This document shows positions 17,769-27,218 of a stretch of 36,951 nucleotides of DNA, piece by piece. The notes beneath the pieces are model-generated. The model saw nothing but the letters and a program-made list of their open reading frames with translations. It searched no databases and was not told the DNA's origin. Origin of the DNA: a virus (Duplodnaviria > Caudoviricetes); IMG/VR virus record IMGVR_UViG_3300017650_000204, positions 1-36,951 of that record; one strand, 5' to 3'. Numbering within the stretch: position 1 is the first letter of the stretch; each line of letters starts with the position of its first letter. The position numbers and the translations under genes are program-made.

Positions 17769-18548
17769 CTAGTTGGTCTTACGCATGCTCGGGAACATCC
17801 GAGCGGCCCGTGCGGCTTCTGGATCGCCGGAAGGCGCCGCGCCGCGGTCGCCGCCCCCCGGTACAAGGGTTCCCTCCCCGAGGTGGGCACCGATGCGGTG
17901 GAAGAACCGCAGGGTTTCGCCGTCCCCCAGGGCGCCGGATATCTTCTCCAGCGTCTGTTCATCGGCGCCGAACGTGCGCACCGCACGCTTGGCTAGTTCC
18001 ACGTTGGCGTCGTACTGACCGCCCCATTCCTGCTTCAGAGCCTGCACGTCGGATTCGCCCTGCTGCTGACGCGCCGCGTCGGCCGCCTGGACTTGGGCCG
18101 CCTGGTAGGCGTTCCACTTCTCGGCCAACGATCGGGCCTGGGAGACCGGAATGCCGGCTTCGTGCATCCACTTGGCGGCTTCGGCACTGAACGCCTTGTC
18201 TTGGCCGTCGGGGACCGGCAACTGATACTCGTCGGCCGAGGCCGGTTTGGCCGTCCTGCCTTCCAGGTCCTGCAACGCCTTGGCGGCCTCGGAGGCGTCC
18301 TTGAAGCCCTTACCCTGGATAAACGCCTTCAACCCTTCGTCCGCGATACTTTCGTGCCACGCCGGCGCAGTTGCCTGCGTTTGTGGCTGGGCGGGGGCCG
18401 CCGCGGGCGCTGCGGCCTGGCCGGCGGGCGCCGCCGCGGGATCCTGGGTAGCTGCGGGCCGGTTGCCGCCACCGGCAGGCGGGGCATCCGCCGGGGCCTG
18501 TTCACGCAGAAGCCGGGCAAAGAGCCGGCGGTTATTCAGCACGGTCAT
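17769..18548 (-). CDS. Capsid scaffolding/assembly protein
   Basis: Pro/Ala-rich N-terminus, LKQEWGGQYDAN motif; immediately before capsid. Confidence 0.8.
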   Translation of the reverse strand: MTVLNNRRLFARLLREQAPADAPPAGGGNRPAATQDPAAAPAGQAAAPAAAPAQPQTQATAPAWHESIADEGLKAFIQGKGFKDASEAAKALQDLEGRTAKPASADEYQLPVPDGQDKAFSAEAAKWMHEAGIPVSQARSLAEKWNAYQAAQVQAADAARQQQGESDVQALKQEWGGQYDANVELAKRAVRTFGADEQTLEKISGALGDGETLRFFHRIGAHLGEGTLVPGGGDRGAAPSGDPEAARAARMFPSMRKTN

Positions 18549-18834
18549 GTTCACGCTCCATCATTTGGTAGATTTGCTGCTCGGTGAGGTTGAGGTAGTA
18601 GGTGAGGCGGTTGAATACTTCGCGGCGCCCTTCGGCCTGCATCGACGCATGGGTGTCGACCGTGCGCGTGACCGGCGAGACGACGGTTGTCGACGTGTGG
18701 ACGCGGCAGAAGCGCGCCAGGTCTGCGACGATGGCCTCCCCGGCCGGGGTCATTTTCCCCTTGGCATCGAGAAACAGCGCCCGGTAGGCTCTGCGACGGG
18801 CGAACATCAGGCGGAACTTCCAGGGGATCGTCAT
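18532..18834 (-). CDS. Bbp19-like protein
   Basis: Y..LF....G..I.ADL..FC and EGRREVF..L motifs; between portal and scaffold. Confidence 0.75.
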   Translation of the reverse strand: MTIPWKFRLMFARRRAYRALFLDAKGKMTPAGEAIVADLARFCRVHTSTTVVSPVTRTVDTHASMQAEGRREVFNRLTYYLNLTEQQIYQMMEREHDRAE

Positions 18835-20474
18835 ATGCGTGCGTTCGAAGCGTTGACGGCAGCGGCCGTGAGATCTTTGGCGGCGCCAGCGGCAACCGGC
18901 GCGGCCTCGAGGATTTGCGCGGTCTGGGCCTGTTGAGCCTCGGCCTCGTCCATTTGCTCGAGCTCGTCTTCCGTGCGCATGCAGGATTGCGGCACGCTAA
19001 AGACGTCGCCCAGCCTGCGCACGATGGATTCGCCCTTGGCGACCCGGGCCGCGCGGGGGTCGGCCTGAATGAAAGGCGCGGAAGCTTCGGCCCAGCGCAG
19101 GATGTTGGCGCCCTCTTCCGCACGCATGGCCTGGTTCAACGGGCTGTCGTACTCGATCTCGACGATGCCGCCGATCTCTTCCAGTTCGGGGGGCATGTCC
19201 GGCAGCACGCCCGTATGTGCTAGGACGTCGATCTCGCGCGTGATCTGCGCGCCCAGCTGCTCGGACTGCACTCGGCCCATGGTCGGGCCCAGCAGAATCC
19301 CTTTTTCCTGGGCACGCTGCAGGACCTCGGTGGCAGTCATCTGGTGGTTGTCGACCAGGATCTGGAACAGCGTCACGTAGAAGGCCAGGTTGACGCTTTC
19401 TCGCTTCTGATTGGCGTAGTCGATTCCCAAGGGCGTGTTCTTGCCCATGTTCAGGGGCTGCACCAGCGGCGTACCCTGCCCATTCATGTAGCCGAAGTTC
19501 AGCGCACCGGCCTTCAGGTTGAACGCTTCCAGGGCGCCGTCGTCGGCCAGGATCAACGGCGGATCGACGGCCTTCTGAGCCCCTTTGATGATGGTCTTCT
19601 CCATGTCGTTCAGCATTCGAACGTCGGGAAGCGCCTCCATCGCGGGCGAATAACCGTAGGCCGAATCGTCGGTGGCATAGAACCGCCCGATAGCCATGGG
19701 AAACACCCGGTAGCCGCTGTGCTCGATGATCCGCTCGCCGTCAAGCGTCAGCCAGACTGACTGGTGAGGCATGTTGCGGCTATCCACGCGGCCAGGATCC
19801 CGCTCACGGCGCGGCCGCACGGCATGCAGAAACTCGTAAACCGTCTCAGGATTCCGCTCGAGCGCCAGTTGCATAGAAGGCGGAAGATTATCGCGGCCGA
19901 ACTTTTGCGCCGCCTGTCTCACGCTCAGGGACCATTGAACGTGTGCCTTATCGACCATGCCGTAGGCATCTTCCGAAAACCACAGTCGATTCATGCGCAG
20001 GTTGCGGTAGCGAATGCCGTCGCCCAGCACGTCATCGATCATCAAGCCGCCAGCGCCGAATGCACCGTGGCTGATATAGGACTCGCCGGATTGCGAGGCG
20101 AAGTTGGCTCGCCAGCGGTAGCGATGAGCGAACAGCAGGTTCGTCACCTCTTCCAGGTACTGCTTGACCGCCGGCGACTCACGTAGACCCTCGTCCGACA
20201 CCGTGAGCTTGTGCCAGCGTTGCGTGCGCGGGGTGATCATCGAATCCATCGCCGCGGCGAAATGCCGCAGGGCTAGCATGGAAGTAGCATCGAAGATCTT
20301 CTGGGTGCGCTTCTCGCCCGGGTTGGTGTTGCGGTTCTCGTCGAACTTCCGGTATCGAGGCAACACCAGCTCAATGACGTCATTCCACTGGCTGTGGAAC
20401 GACTCGCGCGCCGCCTTCATGGCCGCATGGTCGACCATGATTTCGCGCACCAGATCGACGTCCTGATTGAGCAT
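18831..20474 (-). CDS. Portal (head-tail connector, T7 gp8-like family)
   Basis: KIFDAT, YGYSPAM.ALPD, VDPPL and MTATEV.QR..EK..LLGP motifs. Confidence 0.92.
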   Translation of the reverse strand: MLNQDVDLVREIMVDHAAMKAARESFHSQWNDVIELVLPRYRKFDENRNTNPGEKRTQKIFDATSMLALRHFAAAMDSMITPRTQRWHKLTVSDEGLRESPAVKQYLEEVTNLLFAHRYRWRANFASQSGESYISHGAFGAGGLMIDDVLGDGIRYRNLRMNRLWFSEDAYGMVDKAHVQWSLSVRQAAQKFGRDNLPPSMQLALERNPETVYEFLHAVRPRRERDPGRVDSRNMPHQSVWLTLDGERIIEHSGYRVFPMAIGRFYATDDSAYGYSPAMEALPDVRMLNDMEKTIIKGAQKAVDPPLILADDGALEAFNLKAGALNFGYMNGQGTPLVQPLNMGKNTPLGIDYANQKRESVNLAFYVTLFQILVDNHQMTATEVLQRAQEKGILLGPTMGRVQSEQLGAQITREIDVLAHTGVLPDMPPELEEIGGIVEIEYDSPLNQAMRAEEGANILRWAEASAPFIQADPRAARVAKGESIVRRLGDVFSVPQSCMRTEDELEQMDEAEAQQAQTAQILEAAPVAAGAAKDLTAAAVNASNARI

Positions 20475-20683
20475 TACGAGCCCAGCAGCGTCTTGGTGGC
20501 CACCGAGCCAGGCTGGGCGGTCGTGTCCGAGGTCAGGATCGTGCTGGCCGTACCACGTCGGCGGCGCAGGCGATCGGCCTCGGCCTGGCCCGCGGCAGCA
20601 GCGTCCGTCTGCGCGGGCGGAGCGGCCGGCGCGGGCGGATCGGGAATCTTCGGAGTCTTCGGGCTGGAAAGCAGGCTGGACAT
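20474..20683 (-). CDS. Small pre-portal virion protein
   Basis: P-rich N-terminus, RRRRG..STILT and KTLLG C-terminus typical of this gene position. Confidence 0.75.
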   Translation of the reverse strand: MSSLLSSPKTPKIPDPPAPAAPPAQTDAAAAGQAEADRLRRRRGTASTILTSDTTAQPGSVATKTLLGS

Positions 20684-20710
20684 GGGTGGCACCCTGAGAA
20701 AGTGCCGCCT

Positions 20711-20747
20711 AGTCTGTTCACGCGCGCGCGCAGTCGTCTGCGAAAAT
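20711..20747 (-). promoter_or_regulatory. Putative late promoter/activator site, copy 2 (head and tail operon)
   Basis: ATTTTCGCAGACGACTGCGCGCGCGCGT then CAGACT; matches the 3361-3388 copy. Confidence 0.6.
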
Positions 20748-22171
20748 CAATCCATGATGGCGAATCGTGGTCGGCTGCCTCCGCCCGCCCGCTTGCGGGT
20801 GACCAGCGGCCGGTGCTCCCCGCCGCCCACTAGCAGGTATTGCAGGCCTTCCGCCACGTGGGAGAACTCGTTCTTGACCGGCGCGTCGGCGTACCGCTCC
20901 CCCGACACGGCCAGGCGACGGTAGCAATATCCGCCAGCCAGCGCCTTGCGCAGCACCTTGCAATCGGAATGCACCAGCAGCCCGGGCTCGCCGTCGATAT
21001 AGCGCGTCAGAGCGCTGTCGACCGCGCCGCACCGCAACAGCGGATCATTGGTGGGCGCTGGAACAGCAGGCAACCCGGCAGCTTTCAGGATCTGAAACGG
21101 CGTCGTCTCGTCGGTCTGGGCGCGGTTGTCGCCGGAAGGGTCGCCCCAGAACCCACCAATCTGGAATCCCTGGTACCGCTGGGCCAGGTGCAGGTGGATC
21201 TCGTGGGCGAACTTCTCGGCCCCCATGTTGGTGGCCACCAGTTCAGACCGGATGCGCCAGCCACCCATCGTGCGCCGCTGACCGAAGACGGCGGCCGGGG
21301 TCAACCCGAAGTCCGTGCCGATCAGCAGCGGCGATCTCGGATCCAGCTCGAAGTCTCGACAGTGCATCGAGTCCTGGTAGTCCGGGTGGATCGGCTTGCC
21401 GTCGACCACAAAGCCGTACTGGTTGCCCAGGTTGACCTTGATCCAGTCCTCCTTCTTGCCCTGCATCCCTCGCTCGTAGTAGCCCGGTGGCAAGTTCGAC
21501 AGGTTCTCGGCCTGGGGATTGACCTGCCATTTGTCGCCCACCTTGATAACGCCGCCCGGCTGACGCAGGAATGTCCAGCCCTCGGGCTTGTCTTCCTCGG
21601 CCAGACGATAGAACCAGTGGTCCGTGTCCGGCGCGTTCGTGTCCCCAAAAATGCCGAACCAGGTCGGCCGCACGTCCTTGGGATACCGTCCCACCCGCAA
21701 GTCCAGCATGTCGACGATCGCCTTGACCAGTTCCTTTACCTCGTTCAGCCAGGCGAAGGTCAGTTGCAGCCCACGCAGCTTGCGTTCGTGCTCGGGGCGA
21801 TCCAGGGCGATGAAGATCATCTCCGCCTCGACCGTAGTGCCGTCGTCCAAGTCGAACGACAGGTAGTGCGTCGGCGGCTCCAAGCCGCCCGCGACCCATC
21901 GGCCCAGGTCGCCGAACATCTCGAGCCAGTCCTTGCTGGTCGTGCTCATCAGGTCCGGGTAGGTATTCCGGATGGCCGCGCCTCGGGACCGACGTACACC
22001 GTGGGCATCCGGCTCCTGCTGGCACATGATATCGAAGGCGCGCCAGCAGCTGGCATTCGTCTTGCCGCTGCCCAGCGGGCCCATGATCATCGTGCGCGGG
22101 TCGCGCGAGGCAATGTACGCGGCCAGGGTCGGGCCTTGGGCGGCGTAGTCGTAGTGGATCTCTGGCTGCAT
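20747..22171 (-). CDS. terL: Terminase large subunit
   Basis: Walker A GPLGSGKT, Walker B region AWLNE, nuclease motifs IGTDFG, GDPSG and SHVAEGLQY. Confidence 0.93.
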   Translation of the reverse strand: MQPEIHYDYAAQGPTLAAYIASRDPRTMIMGPLGSGKTNASCWRAFDIMCQQEPDAHGVRRSRGAAIRNTYPDLMSTTSKDWLEMFGDLGRWVAGGLEPPTHYLSFDLDDGTTVEAEMIFIALDRPEHERKLRGLQLTFAWLNEVKELVKAIVDMLDLRVGRYPKDVRPTWFGIFGDTNAPDTDHWFYRLAEEDKPEGWTFLRQPGGVIKVGDKWQVNPQAENLSNLPPGYYERGMQGKKEDWIKVNLGNQYGFVVDGKPIHPDYQDSMHCRDFELDPRSPLLIGTDFGLTPAAVFGQRRTMGGWRIRSELVATNMGAEKFAHEIHLHLAQRYQGFQIGGFWGDPSGDNRAQTDETTPFQILKAAGLPAVPAPTNDPLLRCGAVDSALTRYIDGEPGLLVHSDCKVLRKALAGGYCYRRLAVSGERYADAPVKNEFSHVAEGLQYLLVGGGEHRPLVTRKRAGGGSRPRFAIMD

Positions 22172-22704
22172 CAGGCCTGGCCCTCGTCCTTGCGGCCAGT
22201 GAGATCGCGGCGCACGACCCTCGGGCGCTGGATGGTCAGTTTGTCATTGAGCATGCCCAGGTGTCGCATGGCCAGCGCCAGGGCAGCATCCTTGCTGAAC
22301 GCCTTGGCCTTGCGAGTCATGCCGGTCGATTCCCGGTCTTCACCTCGGCCGCTGAACTCTTCGAAGCTCTCCAACTGCGCCACGGCCGCGGCGGTATCGT
22401 CATCCAGTTCATGCGGCGCTTTCAACCTGCCATCCTCGTGGTACAGCTTGCGGATGTCGAAGAAGGCCACCCTGGCCAGCTCCATCAGCACGCGATCGTG
22501 GGTAATTTCGGTGCGCCGTGCACGCTCCTGCATCGCCTGCTTGACCTGCTCTTGGATCTCTGGCTGCTGCAGCAAGGCATGGCCGATCTGTTTGGCGCTG
22601 CGCTTGCTGTAGCCGGCGCGTTCGGCCGCCGCTGTCGCATTCAGGTCAACTAGGTATTCCAGGACGAAAATGCGTGCTCGCTCGGTCTTGGGGGACATTC
22701 CCAT
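22171..22704 (-). CDS. terS: Terminase small subunit
   Basis: FVLEYLVDLNATAAAERAGYS and ALALAMRHLGM motifs; GAGGA SD. Confidence 0.92.
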   Translation of the reverse strand: MGMSPKTERARIFVLEYLVDLNATAAAERAGYSKRSAKQIGHALLQQPEIQEQVKQAMQERARRTEITHDRVLMELARVAFFDIRKLYHEDGRLKAPHELDDDTAAAVAQLESFEEFSGRGEDRESTGMTRKAKAFSKDAALALAMRHLGMLNDKLTIQRPRVVRRDLTGRKDEGQA

Positions 22705-22707
22705 CGT

Positions 22708-23124
22708 TCAATCCTCAAATCCGGGCAAAGACAGCGTCTCGCCCAAAGCCTGTTCCACCACCTTGCGACGGCGGTTCAGCAACTGCAGTAAAGCCGGGAC
22801 GGTCAGGCCAAAGGCCTGGGCCACCGCCGGTAGATGCTCGGTTGGCATGTGCGCGGCAGGGCCCGTGCGCCGGCGGCGCTCTGCAATCCGCCGGGCTTCG
22901 GCTGGCCTACGGGGGGCATCGCCACGCTTTCGCCCCGTCCTGCTCTCCCACAGAGTCAGCAAAAGCTCGCCCCGCCAGTGCGCAGGCGTGGCGCCCGCCA
23001 GGTATTGACGCACCATCGACTCGCCGGCCGCCGGACCGAGGGCGCGAGCGATTTCGTGCTGGCCCATCCCGGCCCTACGTAGGTCCAGGACGATCTCGGG
23101 CCAGTCGAAATCTGTCAGGCGCAT
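22708..23124 (-). CDS. HTH DNA-binding protein, candidate late-gene regulator
   Basis: DW..IVLDLRRAGMGQHEIARAL HTH-like N-terminus; last gene before terminase. Confidence 0.55.
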   Translation of the reverse strand: MRLTDFDWPEIVLDLRRAGMGQHEIARALGPAAGESMVRQYLAGATPAHWRGELLLTLWESRTGRKRGDAPRRPAEARRIAERRRRTGPAAHMPTEHLPAVAQAFGLTVPALLQLLNRRRKVVEQALGETLSLPGFED

Positions 23125-23128
23125 CGCC

Positions 23129-23935
23129 CTACCCTCGCTCCTGCGCCACCGCCCAGCTCAGGATCGCCAGGGCATCGGCCGCATTGTCACTGTCGGGGGT
23201 AAAGCCAAGCTCCTTCACGCGGGCGATGACATCAGCCTTTTTGGCTCTGCCCGATCCGGTGAAGTGCTTCTTCACGGTCATGGTGTGCGCCGGGATCGGC
23301 ACGATGTTGTGTGCCTCGGCGCACACCAGCATGTGGCCCCAGAACGCGCCGTAAATGTCGCCAGCGCGGCCCGACTGATGTGGTCCTTGGACGACCTTCT
23401 CGTACGCGATCTGGTTCACGTTGTTGTCGTTGATGGTGCGCAGCAGCCATGCACGAAACCGGCTGAAGCGCTGGCCCGGGTGCCATCCGTCTCGGGGGCT
23501 GAAATCCTCGGTGCCCAGCGATACGCGCCCGTCACGACGGCGCAGTGCCCAGCCGGTCAGATTACCCAGGTCGAGCGCCAGCACCGTCACGTTGATTTCC
23601 GGTTTCTCGACCTCGATCTGAGGCGGCGAAACGTGCGCGCGCGTAGCGGTCGGCTGCGAGCCCAGTGAGAACCATTTTCTGTCCGGCGGGATGTTGCGCA
23701 TGATCTCGGCTGCGACTGCTGGCACCCAGGTTCGAGCCGCTTCGGCCTGAGCGGCCTTCAGCTTCGCGTGCATGGCCGCGATTGAATCGCCCGCTTCGTG
23801 CCCGGCAGCCGCCACAATCACGTCGGCCAGCCGCTCACATGCGATTCGCCCCACGTGTTCGAAGGGCTTTGCGCACCCCGCCATCGGATCCAGCGCGATA
23901 TCGGCCTGGACCTCGGTCAAGTCATGTTGTGTCAT
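23129..23935 (-). CDS. RuvC-like Holliday junction resolvase with N-terminal extension
   Basis: VLALDLG..TGWA, YEKV, VKKHFTGSGRAKK and DNAADALAI motifs. Confidence 0.8.
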   Translation of the reverse strand: MTQHDLTEVQADIALDPMAGCAKPFEHVGRIACERLADVIVAAAGHEAGDSIAAMHAKLKAAQAEAARTWVPAVAAEIMRNIPPDRKWFSLGSQPTATRAHVSPPQIEVEKPEINVTVLALDLGNLTGWALRRRDGRVSLGTEDFSPRDGWHPGQRFSRFRAWLLRTINDNNVNQIAYEKVVQGPHQSGRAGDIYGAFWGHMLVCAEAHNIVPIPAHTMTVKKHFTGSGRAKKADVIARVKELGFTPDSDNAADALAILSWAVAQERG

Positions 23936-24141
23936 GCTTCCACTCCCTCGCGCTTCTTCAGGATGTGCCGAAGTCGGTCCGCCATGGCGCTGCACTCGCC
24001 CTGCGTTCCAACGAGCAGCGGTATGTAATCGGTCCTGGCGTTGCAAGCAAACGACGCCTGGTTCTTGGTCAAGGTGGTGCGCAGCGGTTGGATGTGGAAC
24101 ATCCCCTGGCGCTGTGACCATTCGAGGGTGTGCAGGCTCAT
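23932..24141 (-). CDS. Hypothetical protein
   Basis: 69 aa, start and stop overlap with both neighbours. Confidence 0.6.
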   Translation of the reverse strand: MSLHTLEWSQRQGMFHIQPLRTTLTKNQASFACNARTDYIPLLVGTQGECSAMADRLRHILKKREGVEA

Positions 24142-25490
24142 CAGTCTTTCAATCCGGAGTAGATTGGGGTTTGCGGGCGGCCGAACTCATGCCCAGGGGC
24201 CAGGTTTTCGAAACGGCTTTCCTGGGCGATAAAAGCCAGAGCCACCCGGCCAGACTCGCCCTGACGGTTCAGGCCCACCCCGATCTCGCAGATGCCGTGA
24301 TCGGCGGAGTTCGGGTTGTAGACCTCGTCGCGGTACAAGAACAGGGCCGCATCGCAGTCCTGCTCAATGGCGCCGGAATCGCGCAAGTCGGACGGCATAG
24401 GGCGTTTGTTAGGCCTGCCCTCGACGGCTCGATTGAGCTGAGACAGCAGCAGGATGCCGATGCCCATACTCATGGCCATGCCTTTCAGCCCGCGGGTGAT
24501 CTGCTCGATTTGGGCGTTCCGGGTGTCTCCGTCGCCCTGCATCAGCTGCAGGTAGTCGATCACCAGCAGATCCAGACCATGCTTGCGCTGTTGGGCGCGC
24601 GCCACGGCCCGGACCTGGGCAAGCCGCATTTCGCCTTGGTTGTGGACGTACAAGCCCAAGGCAGCTAACTGCTCAGATCCCATGGTGGCGCGGGACCAGT
24701 CGTTGTCACGCATCTTCTTCGCGTCGACCAGATGCGCCAGCGGAAGTCGGCCCAGCGCGGCCACGTTGCGTGCGTGCAACTCACTGCGACCCATTTCCAT
24801 CGACAGGATCAACGCCTTGCGGTCAACGGCCACATTGCGCGCGATGTTCAGCGCCAGGGCGGTTTTGCCCATCTTCGGGCGTGCGGCAACCACGATCAGA
24901 TTGCCAGGGCGAATCCCGCCGCCCAGGTGCGCATCCAGGTCGATGAATCCGGTAGGCATGGCCTGGACGCCTTCTCCGCGGCTGCGCATGTCCAGGTCGT
25001 TCATGAAGTCCAGCATGTCGTCACCCGCATGCACTGGCTCGGCGGCTTGGCGTTCGGCCAGCATGCCCTGCAATTCACCCTGGGCCCGGTCGATGATGTC
25101 GGTGACCGGAGTAGCAAGCTCTACCGCAGCGGCCTCGGCCAACATGTCGCCCAGAGCAGCCAACTGGCGCCGGCGGCTGCGCTCGATCACGAGACTGACG
25201 TAATGTTCAACATTGGCCCCGAAATAGCCGTTCATGACCTCGGTGAGGTACTTCAAGTCAGCATGTTCGGGCGCGTGCACCTGCAGCCGATCGTAGACGG
25301 CCAGCACGTCCGGCTGAATTCCCTCGGCCAGCAACGCTTCCATCTGCTCGAATGCTGCTCGGTGGCTGGCAGCGTAGAAGTGCTCGGCACGCAGGGCGCC
25401 GATACGATCGAAATATTCGGAACTTGCCAGCAGGCAGCTCAGCAGTTGCTGCTCGGCTTCCAGGCCGGCCAGCGGGTGCGGCGCGTTCAT
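24141..25490 (-). CDS. dnaB: Phage replicative DNA helicase, DnaB family
   Basis: AARPKMGKT, SMEM, IDYLQLM, LSQLNR and DLRDSGAIEQD motifs. Confidence 0.95.
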   Translation of the reverse strand: MNAPHPLAGLEAEQQLLSCLLASSEYFDRIGALRAEHFYAASHRAAFEQMEALLAEGIQPDVLAVYDRLQVHAPEHADLKYLTEVMNGYFGANVEHYVSLVIERSRRRQLAALGDMLAEAAAVELATPVTDIIDRAQGELQGMLAERQAAEPVHAGDDMLDFMNDLDMRSRGEGVQAMPTGFIDLDAHLGGGIRPGNLIVVAARPKMGKTALALNIARNVAVDRKALILSMEMGRSELHARNVAALGRLPLAHLVDAKKMRDNDWSRATMGSEQLAALGLYVHNQGEMRLAQVRAVARAQQRKHGLDLLVIDYLQLMQGDGDTRNAQIEQITRGLKGMAMSMGIGILLLSQLNRAVEGRPNKRPMPSDLRDSGAIEQDCDAALFLYRDEVYNPNSADHGICEIGVGLNRQGESGRVALAFIAQESRFENLAPGHEFGRPQTPIYSGLKD

Positions 25491-26305
25491 GCGGCCTCCC
25501 GGCGTTGGTTGGCAGCCTGGGCTTGCAGGCCCACCGTGGTCAACTCGTAGGCCACGCCATCACCCTGCGGCTTGGCGTACCAGAGGCGGTAGAAATTCCG
25601 CTCGACGAAATTCTGAAAATGCCGGCGCCACAGGGCCTGCTGCTTGCGCTCGTTTTTGCCGCCAGGGCCGAAATCGCGCTTGAACTCGGCCCAGCACAGG
25701 TTCACGAATTCGGCCGGTAGGCCGGACTCGCGCAGGTAGCGCAGCAGCGGTTCGTAGCCGCTGATGGCCGGCTCGGCATTTTGCCGGCAACGATCCAGGA
25801 AGGTCTGCAAGGTCGTCCGTTCTGAACGGGCCTTGGCTTTTTTTTCGGTCAACGTCCCAGGACACCCTCCCGCAGGGGGGGTAAGGGGGGGTTCTATTCC
25901 ACTCCCTTCTATATCCTCTCCACTCCCTTCCGGGGGTGAGGGCTCGACGATTGCTCGACGATCTAATTTCGGTTTTTCGGCGCTGTAGGGTGGATGCTTG
26001 TATGTCGGACGGTCGATTTTCTGGTGCCGCCAGCCCGTAACGTGCAAGAAGTCCTTGTTTTCAAAGGAGTAATAGACAATCAATTGATTCGACGACAACT
26101 CGTCGAGCATTCGCTGAACATCCGTCGAGGTGATGTCGTCACCTGGGAACACATTGGCCTTGATCGTCTTCGCGCTGGCGACGTGGTTGCCGGCGTCGTC
26201 GCAGAAATTCCAGAGGCCGATGAACAGTAGACGAGCCATCGGCGAGCAGTTCATCACCTGCTCGCTGGTCCAGAACTCGGGCTTGATGGATCTGATCCTG
26301 GCCAT
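25487..26305 (-). CDS. Phage replication initiator
   Basis: MARIRSIKPEFWT..ARLLFIGLWNFCDDAG N-terminus, PPLTPP linker, directly upstream of dnaB. Confidence 0.8.
   Translation of the reverse strand: MARIRSIKPEFWTSEQVMNCSPMARLLFIGLWNFCDDAGNHVASAKTIKANVFPGDDITSTDVQRMLDELSSNQLIVYYSFENKDFLHVTGWRHQKIDRPTYKHPPYSAEKPKLDRRAIVEPSPPEGSGEDIEGSGIEPPLTPPAGGCPGTLTEKKAKARSERTTLQTFLDRCRQNAEPAISGYEPLLRYLRESGLPAEFVNLCWAEFKRDFGPGGKNERKQQALWRRHFQNFVERNFYRLWYAKPQGDGVAYELTTVGLQAQAANQRREAA
25875..25980. other. Candidate replication origin (iteron-like repeats inside the initiator gene)
   Basis: CCACTCCCTTC at 25899 and 25920; GCTCGACGAT at 25942 and 25953; adjacent AT-richer stretch. Confidence 0.4.
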
Positions 26306-26754
26306 TACGCCACCTCGTTGAGCGGTTGTGCATGGGCGGCAGTTTCCGGTGATGCTGCGGCCGAAATCTCGGCTTTTTCGTTCAGCTTCCTGTCACGTGC
26401 TGGCACCCAGCGGGTGTATGCCCACTCCCAGGCGGCGCGCTTCTGCCTGTCGGTCAGGGAAAAGCCTTGATCCAGTTCACGATGGCAGCGCCAGCAGCCG
26501 GGGACGGTGTAGATGTCTCGGGCCTTGATGCCCATGCCCTTGCCGTAGGTCGACCAGTTGGCATGGCACGGGACGACGGTTTCGCGATCGCCGCAGCAGA
26601 TGCCCTGCAGCTCCAGGAAGCACGCTTCGCCGCGGCAGGCGGCCAGGCATCTGGGTTCGTGGTAGCCGGGCGGCTTCTTGGGTGTACGGCGCTTGATGGG
26701 CGTGCTGGCACGGGCCATGGGCGTCTTACGCTGGAGTGGGGATCGGCGCAGCAT
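26305..26754 (-). CDS. DUF1364/YbcO-like Zn-binding nuclease
   Basis: CRGEACFL....IC....ETVVPCH.N....KGMG.K and CWRCH..LD motifs. Confidence 0.8.
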   Translation of the reverse strand: MLRRSPLQRKTPMARASTPIKRRTPKKPPGYHEPRCLAACRGEACFLELQGICCGDRETVVPCHANWSTYGKGMGIKARDIYTVPGCWRCHRELDQGFSLTDRQKRAAWEWAYTRWVPARDRKLNEKAEISAAASPETAAHAQPLNEVA

Positions 26755-27218
26755 CAGCCCTCCCCTCTGGCGAGAAACTCCACGCCCATCTGGGCGCCGG
26801 CAGCCTCTAGCTGCTGCAGGTACTGCGCCATGCCCCTCTGGGTCAGCATGGTGGTGCTGCCCACCAAGACACGTTCGCCGCGGGGCGTGAAACCCCACTT
26901 GCGGTAGCCTTCCAGACACAGATCGGGATCGAATTCTTCGGGCAGAAAGTCGCGTTTGAACTGTTCGTGCCAGACCTCGGCGGGGAAATACCTGCCTTGC
27001 ACATGGGCCTGCTCGGCGATGTCACGCAGAGGGCCAGCCCACATCAGGGCGTTCTGGCTCATTTTGCGCGGCTTCTGGCGCTCCCGAACGACGACCTCGA
27101 GGGGTTCATCAGGATCCAGTGGCAAATTGCCCAGGAACGCCTGTGCGGCGGCTTGCTGGCTGGCACCGACCAGATAGAACGTCTTGGGGTTCAGCATGCG
27201 CTGACGGGCCGGGATCAT
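26754..27218 (-). CDS. NinB/Orf-like recombination protein
   Basis: RK.SQNALMW..L.DIAEQ, WHEQFK, STT.L..GM..YL..LEA..A..GV.F motifs. Confidence 0.8.
   Translation of the reverse strand: MIPARQRMLNPKTFYLVGASQQAAAQAFLGNLPLDPDEPLEVVVRERQKPRKMSQNALMWAGPLRDIAEQAHVQGRYFPAEVWHEQFKRDFLPEEFDPDLCLEGYRKWGFTPRGERVLVGSTTMLTQRGMAQYLQQLEAAGAQMGVEFLARGEG

Noticed and set aside
20840-22612. 590-aa plus-strand ORF, and similar long antisense ORFs such as 13137-14174 and 16456-17487
   Set aside because: In-register shadows of well-supported GC-rich genes with no recognisable motifs
23633-23660. Third copy of the (CG)n late-promoter motif
   Set aside because: Only the CG tract and TAG match; the GAAAT end and -10 hexamer are missing, and it lies inside a CDS
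25875-25891. G7-TAA-G7 as a G-quadruplex or phase-variation tract (also C8 at 14377-14384)
   Set aside because: Explained by the PPLTPP linker of initiators and a Gly linker in the nozzle; frames are intact
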